Below are positions 56,348 to 64,000 of a stretch of 64,000 bases of DNA, in pieces (within the stretch, counting starts at the first letter, position 1; every line of letters begins with the position of its first letter). Source of the stretch: Naegleria gruberi (taxonomy: Eukaryota); assembly GCA_000004985.1 (NCBI GenBank), contig GG738891.1; one strand, 5' to 3'. The position numbers and the translations under genes were made by a program. A model generated the notes under the pieces. It had not been told where the DNA came from. It saw nothing but the letters and a program-made list of their open reading frames with translations, and did not search any database.

Positions 56348-57199
56348 TCAACTTGGAAACTTAAATCTCTCAAAGAATAACTTTTCGAATAATTCCTCTC
56401 TTTGTTTCTGTTCAAAGCTGAGAAGGGCTAAGAGTCGGAGAGCTTGTTTCTCATCTCTTGGTGTTACTTTCTTGAATTTTGGCTCTAAATTCATAGTGTC
56501 GAGAAGGATGGTTCCAAGCAAGGCTTCACAACATTCTCTATCTTCTCTGAGCATGTCGTCACTCAACAATTCAGCTACCAAAGTACATGAAGATCCAATC
56601 AGATCGATAATTCTTCTCTCCGAAGGAATGTCATAACACTTCTCATCAACGTGATGATCAATAATTTGATAGACAAAGTTGCCCAATAGTGGTTCTTGTT
56701 CTGGAGTTAACTTGTTGTGATCTGTGAGAATGACTTGCAGATTATTCTCCTTTCCTAAGCTTTCTAAAACATCAATAAGAGTTGGATTTTGATGATAAAA
56801 GATTAAATCCTCTCCACTAATACCAAACTTTTCCAAGAACCAAGTAGCATCCGTTCTCAAATTGTATTCATCGGCTGGAATATTAATAATAGGAATGGAG
56901 GTAATCTTGTCTCTCTTATATTGAGCATAGGAAAAGACAATTGATGAAACTATAGAATCCAAATCACTAGCTAAGAAAGAATTCGATGATAATTTAATCC
57001 AATTTTTACACAATATTCACATTTGATGATTAATATTAAATTAACAATTAAAAATTATTAAAATTCTTCTCAACAACAACAAACCTTGATTTCCGAGACA
57101 GATTGCCAAGGTGCCACCATTAAAGGTCTTGTTTGTTACAAGATCTTTACAGGATCGCAAAAAAGACTTCATCAGTATTTTTTTAGTGAAGTTTTCCAT
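56348..57199 (-). CDS. DHH-family phosphoesterase, PPX1/prune-like exopolyphosphatase: join(complement(57085..57199), complement(56348..56970)). The C-terminal (DHHA2) part is probably lost in or beyond the N-gap.
   Basis: Exon 2 has SDLDSIVSSIVFSYAQY, IPIINIPADEYNLRTD, VILTDHN and QIIDHHVDE (the DHH motif). These align with yeast Ppx1 ADMDSIASAITYSYCQY, IVPIIDIPREDLSLRRD and IIDHH. Exon 1 (ATG 57199; MENFTKKILMEVFLRSCKDLVTNKTFNGGTLAICLGNQ) ends G|GTTTGT at 57084. A 113-nt intron ends at acceptor cttAG 56972-56971, and the splice rebuilds GNQ-A-SDLD. The 245 aa before the stop at 56348 are too short for the family (about 390 aa), so I expect a further exon or a misassembly at the gap. Confidence 0.65.
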
Positions 57200-57933
57200 T
57201 CTGTATTGTACAGTATTGGCGGTTGGTTATCAGTGAAGGACATTAGGAATTGTCTTTCTCTTAATAACGCGTATTGAGCGTATCAAGTCAACTTGACTCC
57301 CAACAGTTGGTAACGATATTACCAGTTGCTCTATTAAGGGAGAATCTTTTTGAAGGAATGAACGGTTAAATAAGTTTAACACAGCACTACAGATCCTGAT
57401 TAATGGATAATTCTTGAAATTGTAATGAAGTAAATATCTTTCATAATAAGTATGTTCAATTCGAAAAGTGCATTTAATTGTCATTCTTGAAACAAAATCA
57501 ATTCATCAGAAGACATTAAATATCTCTTAATAATTTATATTGATGTTGTTTTCAAGGCGCCAATATAACTGCTTCAAAACTGATGCTCATCATTGGTCAT
57601 CATTATTAATACTCTCATAACTATATCATTTATTGGTCCGATCAATCTTCAGTGTAGTTGCTGCTCCTTGCTTTTTTACATCAGCAATCATCTGGTGTTA
57701 TTCCTTAATGAATCGTGATGTGTTTTGTTGCGTTGTGTTTTCGTTGCAGCTGTTGAGGTTTATTGTTGTTGTGGTAGCTGTTGAGTGAAGCAAGTTTGGT
57801 GATGGGACAGGAAAAGCCTTGAGATGAAACAACTACAAAAAAAAATTCAAGTCTGAACAACCTTTGAAAATCATCTATTTTGAATTGCAATATACATCTT
57901 ACTTTGAAGGAAGAAAGAGTACCTATTAAGAGA

Positions 57934-58944
57934 ATGATGATGGACGAAAACAATTTTGAACAAGATGGACCTACAACAAAACCCTTATCTAATCAATTTT
58001 CCTCAGGACTAGATGAGCAGCATCATAATAATACAATGAATGGTAATCATGATGATATGAAGACCCATAATGATTCGAAAGCAAAACATGGAAAGATAAG
58101 CACACCAGGCACACCAGTGAGAAGTAAAAGTCCAACCCTTCCAAAGGAGAAGGGAACTAAGAGTTCGGAAAGAATGAGAGAATCATGGAAAACACCAGAG
58201 GAATATAAATCAAAAGCATGGACCAAGCCATCAGCTTGGGGTGCATCTAAAATGGATAGATTTAAGGATTCTAAACAAGAGGCTCCTCCAGCAACCAAGT
58301 ACAATCTCAACTTGTCATCACTTGAAATTAAGGAATTCAATTCCATGTTCAAGTCTCAAAGCCCAAGATTTAAAGATGCTCGAGTAGAAACACCTCCTGC
58401 CACAAAGTACTCTGTCTTTGATCCTAATCTTTCAAAGAAAGGAGATTTAACTTCAACTTGCTTTAAAACAACAACTAAAAGAGAATATGAAACAGAAATC
58501 AAACCTAAATCTCCAGGTCCTCTGGTATATGAGCCAGTCATTCAAGCAATAGATGCCAAGAAGGCTGTAGTTTCTTCTTTTAGATCCTCCTTTGATCGAT
58601 TCAGGGAGAAAACCCCATCATCCCCACCTTCAACAAAATACAATACAGCAACTTCATCTTTTAGCACTGTAAAAAAGGAAGCAACTTCATTCGGATCAAC
58701 TTCTCCAAGATTTGATAAGGTTAGAACACAAGCTCCACCAGCCACAAAGTATGATACAAGCAAGTATTCCGATTTCAACAAAACAAATTCTCCTAACAAT
58801 GCTGGATCTGCTCAATTCCGTTCGTCTACTGATAGATTCTTCAGAGCATCTGAGAAAGCAGCAAAATTAACACCACCAGCAACAAAATACACCATTCCAA
58901 GCAATTTAGATGAAATTATTTCGAGACCACCAACAAGGAAGTAA
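57934..58944 (+). CDS. Repeat protein of 336 aa carrying five copies of a [AT]PPATKY motif, each about 40-60 aa apart and preceded by a (S/T)(P/D)RF(K/D/R) box. Reminiscent of sperm-tail PG-rich (SHIPPO/ODF3-like) repeats.
   Basis: The five motif copies are EAPPATKYN, ETPPATKYS, SPPSTKYN, QAPPATKYD and LTPPATKYT. The track start at 57880 is TTG; the first ATG in frame is at 57934 (MMMDENNF). Confidence 0.45.
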   Translation: MMMDENNFEQDGPTTKPLSNQFSSGLDEQHHNNTMNGNHDDMKTHNDSKAKHGKISTPGTPVRSKSPTLPKEKGTKSSERMRESWKTPEEYKSKAWTKPSAWGASKMDRFKDSKQEAPPATKYNLNLSSLEIKEFNSMFKSQSPRFKDARVETPPATKYSVFDPNLSKKGDLTSTCFKTTTKREYETEIKPKSPGPLVYEPVIQAIDAKKAVVSSFRSSFDRFREKTPSSPPSTKYNTATSSFSTVKKEATSFGSTSPRFDKVRTQAPPATKYDTSKYSDFNKTNSPNNAGSAQFRSSTDRFFRASEKAAKLTPPATKYTIPSNLDEIISRPPTRK

Positions 58945-59105
58945 ACTGTAAATCATAATAAATCAATATTTTGTACATTTTATCCAAATAAAACAACTTT
59001 AGTGAAAGCTATCATTTCCTCTTGAACTGGTCTAGTTTTTGGATGAAATATTTTTCAAATTAGAATAAAGCAATGCTAATATTATGTAAATATTTACAAA
59101 TCGAT

Positions 59106-62100
59106 TTATTGAATGTTACAAATTTGAGATTGGTTCTTTTCTCCCTTTGATTTCTTTCCACTCTTTGGAGGAGGAACACTATCGTCCAAAGCATTAGAAA
59201 CTTCCTTAACAGCAGTCTTTGTCAAAGATCTAGCCTTTCTCATCATGGCATCGAAATCATTGTCAGAATCAGAATCACTGCTGCTTCCTGAATCACTGTC
59301 TCCAACAAGATCATCAAATTCGGAGAGAATTTCCCTAGCTTTTTGCTTAGAACTGATAGCAGCAATATCTTGTTCAAGTTTCTTGATATTCTTCTTGAGT
59401 TTTCTGTAATACTTTGAACCGACATTGGCCTTACCAGTCTTCTTAACTCTTGAACGCAAAGATTCATTTTCAGCCAAAGCAATGTTAAGATCAACAATCA
59501 AGTTTGTCTTTTCGCTGGTTAATTGTTGATTAACTTGCTCCAAAGTTGTAATCTTTTCCTTCAAAACTGATGGATCAACTACAGCAGCTTCAACATTAGC
59601 TTCAACAGTCTTCAATGAAAGGAATGGATCAGCAGAGTTATCAACATAATTTCCATTCATTATAGCCAAGTGGAAGCTTCTCAATTGATTCAATCTGGTT
59701 TCAAACATATCACGAGTCCATGTTTCAGAGTGACCAGTTTCAAGATCAGTAACTTCAACTTCAATTTGAGAACCGACAAGTTTAAGATCAATAGCAATAC
59801 TTCTCTTAAGTTCAGCTACCATGATAGAAGCTTCTTGAATCCAAGGAACTAATTGAGAAACTGAATCGGTACTAGCAGAGGAGGCAATAACAGTTGTCTT
59901 TACAGCTTTTTCTATGATTATTTGGGACTTTTCAGCCATTTCTTGTTGAAGTCTATTTTCCATATCGAACAACTTCATAGACATTTCCAATTCCTTTCTT
60001 TGGAAGTCTCTTTCCTTTTCTTCCTTTTCTAATTCAATCAATCTCATTTGTTCTAACATTGCCTTAGTGTCCTTTTCGGCATTAAGAAGAAGTTCACTTT
60101 GCTTAAGAGCTAAGGATCTTGCCATTTCTTGTTGTTGTCTTTCCATTTCAACCTTTTGTCTTTCGATTTCTTCTTGTTGTGCCATCTTTTCTTCCAAATA
60201 TTGTTGCTGGAGGAGAGTAAACTTTTCTTCTGCCTTTGTGGATGCTGAAGCAGCAACTGTATTTGATTTTTGGATTTGAGTCTTGAAAATAGCTCTTACA
60301 GCTGTCATCTTGAGTCTGTTGTCACTTAACTTTCTTTCATAATCTTCTCTTTCCTTTTCCAATTGCTTTTGATTTTCTTGCTTGGCAGAAACGAGTTGAT
60401 TTCTGAGTTGATTGACTTCTTCTTCACTAGCTCCAGATTCAATCTTAGCAAGGAGCTCTCTTTCCTTAGCTTGGAAAGAACCAACCAATTCCTTTTCTCT
60501 CAACATGAACTTTTCCTTTTCTCTTTGCATGATGTCTTCATGTTCCTTATTCTTTTTTGTCATTTCTTCTTCAACCTTTGAGAGTTGTTCTTTATACTTT
60601 CTAGCTTCTTCTTCAGCTTGTTTTGATTTTTCTAACTTTTCCTTGAGAACAGAAACTTCAGAGTTGATTTGGACTCTGATTCTTTCTTCAGATTGAGCAA
60701 ACATTTCATTTTGAGCCTTGATAACACCGTCAATTCTTTCCTTTTCCTTCTTCAATTCTTCTTCATATTTGGAAACGAGAGCACCATTGTGTTGGTTCTC
60801 AGAAATCAACTTTTGAATTTCAAGTTCTCTTTGTAATTTTTCATCAACTAAAAGTTGCTCCTTCTTTTGCAAAAAGTCCTTTTCTTCGTTGATCTTTTTT
60901 TGATATTCAGCTTCCTTTTCCAAGATCTTTTGTTGCAAAGCTTGATTTTCCTTTTCTAAATCTTCCTTATGCTTCTTTCCAATGTTAATTTCAGCCATAA
61001 GCTTGGATTCAAGTTCCATGATTTGCTTTTGGTATGATGAAGAAATATTCATCTTGGAAGCTTCCAACTCTCTTTGGTACTGCAAAACTTGTTCTTCATT
61101 CTTTTTCTTTTCAGATTCCAACATTTGTTCAATTTGCTTTCTTCTTTGTTCGTCATTCTTGTTTTGCAACAATTCAGCTTGCAACAATTTTTCCTTAGTA
61201 GCATATTCAGCTCTGAGTAAATCTTCTCTCTTCTTGGCATTTTCCATTTCTTGTTGAATGAGATCCTTTTGGGCTTGTCTTTGCTTTTCAATTTCAGACT
61301 TGACACTGTTGATGGTTTCTTGCATTTCTGTTTCTCTCTTCTTATGTTCTTGAACAAGTTGGTTAGTCTTTTCATCAATCAAATTCTTACTGAATTCATC
61401 CCATGCAAGTTTCCAATCAGAGTTGTTAACAGCGCCTTCACTAGGGTTATTGTATTGATAGATCAATCTGGAACCGATAACAAGTCTGTCTCCATTCTTG
61501 ATCTTTGTCTTTTCCTTAATTTCTACACCGTTAACATAAACTTTGGCATTTTCAGATGGAGTGATAAAACCGGCAGAAATTGTGGCATGTGAGTCTAAAA
61601 TACCAGCACCTTGAATTCTGACAGTGTTTCCTTCAGCAGCACCAATATTTGTTGGTTCTTGAACATAATAGTTAAGTTTTCCACTCAACAATGGATCTTC
61701 ATTAAGGTTACTAATATGCAACTTGTTCTTATCGAAATCAAGTTCAACATTCATTTCCTTGAAAAATTCTTCTCTCTCCTTTGCCATTTCTTCAGTTCTT
61801 TTAATCTTTTCTTCGGTGGTCATTTGCATTTCAGTGATAAGCTTTTGGGAGGCATCTAATTGCTCCTTCAACTTGTCATACTCTGCTTGGGCAATTCCTC
61901 CAGGAACTCCAGTAGAACCCTCAGTATTTTCTCCAGCAGGAACAATACCCTTACCAGCAAGTTGATTCTTCAATCTTTCAACTTCAGCTCTCAATTGACT
62001 GATAATCTTGGCAGAAGGATCTTCGTTAACAATAGCCTTGTTGACAATTTGTTTAGCTCTGTCAGCATATCTGAGGGTTGAGAGAGATTCATCATAGTTG

Positions 62101-63246
62101 ACATCAGCAGGAGAAATAGCAGCAATCATAATAGTTCTAGAGTTACCACCCAAAGATTCCTTAAGAAGGTGAGTTAACTTGGAATCTCTGTATGGAATGA
62201 AGGCAGTAGAGTTTTTTCCTGTGCACTTATCAGCAAGAGCCTTAATAACATTACCCAAAGAGGTCAATGAAAGGTTAATGTTAATACCTTCTTGAGCTCT
62301 AGCACCAGTAGCACCAGTTCTGGCCATTCTTTCGGAACCTGCCAAGTCGACAAGATTGATGGAGGAAACCTTTTGAACTTTTTGCTTTGTTTCAGGATGT
62401 TGAACGGTTTGCTTTACATATAAAATAAAAACGGTGTGAGCTCTAGATGATGTCTTATTCATGGCAGTAGCACCAGTAGTTCTAGCATCTTCACCTTGCT
62501 TCAACAACTTTAAAATTTGATCCTCTCCTTGAGCAACGTGCTTTGACAAACCCTCTATGATTTTTTAAATATTCCTCAATAAGATCCAACAATAAATTCT
62601 TCACTTACCAATATAGACACCTGTTTGTGGATTTTCTCTGATTTTTAGACCACCTGTTGGATTGTTCTTTGGATTGAAAAGATCCTTAATTTCTTCGTTA
62701 TAAATTTCCAACATGGAGGCTTCAACACCATATTCAATAGGAACTGTGTTTTGAGACTTTGATTCTTCAATCTTTTGGAAAATACGCTTAGAAGCCATAG
62801 TGACTAAACCTTCATCCTTTCCTGGATAACCAATCATACTGTATGATTTACCAGAACCAGTTTGACCACTATTATTATTGTTGTTTAAATACAAATTATT
62901 CTCAACAATTTAACACTTACTAGGCAAACATGGAGGTGTTGTATCCTTGCCAACAGTTAGCAAGCATAGATTCTCCCATATCATTCCACAGAACTTTGTT
63001 ATCAGCAAAGTTGGCATCAGCGCTATTAAAGCTCCAATAAGAATAGTCAAAAGTAAATTTGTTTTCCTTTCCTGAGGCAGGATCGCTTTTCCCAAGTCAA
63101 TACAACCACAATTTCCTAAAAATTACTTACACCAAGATGGTCTGTGGACCATTCATTTGTACAATACATTTTGATTTACCTTCAATTTCGTAATCCTTGA
63201 ATGGTCTTACTCTCACAGCAACCTTAACTGAATCAGCTGATGACAT
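59106..63246 (-). CDS. Kinesin-3 (Unc104/KIF1-like) motor protein with FHA domain and long coiled coil: join(complement(63131..63246), complement(62921..63085), complement(62609..62868), complement(59106..62554)), 1329 aa
   Basis: Motor motifs are [39 protein letters not shown] (P-loop, spanning intron 2), SSRAH (switch I), DLAGSE (switch II) and [10 protein letters not shown]. The FHA-like segment is [20 protein letters not shown]...[22 protein letters not shown]. Introns are 45, 52 and 54 nt, all GTAAGT...AG, and the phases check out (116+165+260+3449 = 3990 nt). The track ORFs 62601..62894 and 62910..63095 are read-through or wrong-frame artefacts. Confidence 0.9.
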
Positions 63247-63590
63247 TTTTTAATGAGGGTGTGTAGAAAAGGGAGAGAAGTTGTTGAATTTTTTTTGGTT
63301 GAACTTGCCCTGATGTTGTATAATTAAAAGAGCCAGCCGAATAATTCTTTCAGTTATTTTACCTTGATGTTCGTGAATGAGTTGTAGTTGATGGTTGGCG
63401 GGAATATTTGTTCATCATAAAAAGTTCATTGTAGGGGATCGATTGAGAACATGTTCCCATTGTGTATCTCTTTTGATATTGTGTGATGGAATCAATCGAT
63501 AGGCTGATCCTAATCATCTACCTCCGAATTGGATTTTCCTTCTTAAATTAATAAACATTAATTTATAGTGAATTTCCTTTTCAAAAAGAA

Positions 63591-64000
63591 ATGAATAGAA
63601 AACTCGTTAAGCAATTTGCAAAATTAAATGGAAATTATCATCATCAACATTCATTGATGATGAAGAATTCGAGACAGTCCTTCTGTTTGTGTGTTCTTTG
63701 CATGAAAGAAAACCCGAAACTCTCCTCAAAAGATCAACCTATTAAGCAAACTCTCAAAGATCCTCTCCAAATGGCCATGCAACAACAAAGGGAAGTATTA
63801 GAAGAGAAATCGGACGAAATTGCTCAATCAGTCATGAAAAACTTTCAACCCATAACTACCAATGAAAGCGAGAATCAAAGAGGACCATCCAACAATGAAT
63901 ACAGTCCTGAGAGTAAATATAAATTGGATGATGATGGAATTGATAGAAATTTGGATGGAATGGGAAGAATTCTCAATTCTCAACAAGGAAAAGTTGCAGA
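63591..64000 (+). CDS. Hypothetical protein, 5' part only (at least 136 aa; runs off the window end)
   Basis: The frame starting at ATG 63591 is open to the last base. It is not in the ORF track because no stop lies inside the window. Confidence 0.4.
   Translation, partial: MNRKLVKQFAKLNGNYHHQHSLMMKNSRQSFCLCVLCMKENPKLSSKDQPIKQTLKDPLQMAMQQQREVLEEKSDEIAQSVMKNFQPITTNESENQRGPSNNEYSPESKYKLDDDGIDRNLDGMGRILNSQQGKVA

Noticed and set aside
8214-57880. Track start codons at 8214, 14704, 25953, 34671, 40740, 50625, 53655 and 57880
   Set aside because: These positions are TTG or GTG in the sequence, not ATG. The track evidently allows bacterial alternative starts. I replaced them with the first in-frame ATG or an upstream exon.
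59243-62081. Plus-strand ORFs inside the kinesin locus (60067..60279, 60363..60696, 60982..61257, 61251..61592, 61611..62081, etc.)
   Set aside because: Antisense to a strongly supported 3.4-kb coiled-coil exon. Poly-Ser/Leu/Phe translations are typical of antisense K/E-rich coiled-coil coding sequence.
62601-63095. Track ORFs 62601..62894 and 62910..63095 as independent small proteins
   Set aside because: They are intron read-through or wrong-frame translations of kinesin exons 2-3. The kinesin P-loop and KFTFDYSYW motifs appear only in the spliced frame.
1-64000. Prokaryotic or phage origin hosting a defence system
   Set aside because: Pervasive GT..AG introns, eukaryote-only families (profilin, kinesin, Yip1, F-BAR, Kelch, PEF, 7TM-RGS), type II eukaryotic tRNA-Leu, and N/Q/S-rich low-complexity proteins all indicate nuclear eukaryotic DNA.

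Overview
This window is AT-rich nuclear DNA from a microbial eukaryote, not a prokaryote. The evidence is spliceosomal GT..AG introns (mostly 43-55 nt, a few 70-150 nt), two intron-less tRNA genes, a 50-N assembly gap, and typical eukaryotic proteins: profilin, a kinesin-3 motor, a penta-EF-hand protein, a Yip1 protein, 7TM-RGS proteins, protein kinases, a Kelch protein and an F-BAR protein. The organism cannot be determined from the sequence alone. Codon usage and the very short introns would fit an early-diverging fungus or an amoeboid or flagellate protist.

The supplied ORF track clearly accepts TTG, GTG and CTG as starts and only reports ORFs with both ends inside the window. It therefore mis-starts many genes, splits every intron-containing gene, and misses both edge-truncated genes. 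I rebuilt the gene models by hand. About 40 protein-coding genes are present at roughly one per 1.5 kb. Most have a single exon; about a dozen have one to three short introns.

The most notable structures are listed below; the rest is ordinary housekeeping.
- A tandem pair of seven-transmembrane receptors carrying a C-terminal RGS domain (7TM-RGS), each split by a short intron whose GTAAGT donor overlaps an apparent TAA stop.
- A diverged inverted repeat of about 480 bp (about 90% identical) flanking a 7.25-kb block of five genes. One arm carries a 3' fragment of the profilin gene.
- A penta-EF-hand (ALG-2/peflin-like) protein with a very long tandem P/Q/G/Y repeat region.
- A kinase cluster containing a pseudokinase-kinase tandem whose catalytic loop sits on a 78-nt micro-exon.
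- A PPX1/prune-like DHH phosphoesterase cut short by the assembly gap.
- A 1329-aa kinesin-3 with an FHA domain, which the ORF track renders in the wrong frames.

I see no CRISPR array, no bacterial-type defence island and no recognisable transposon.
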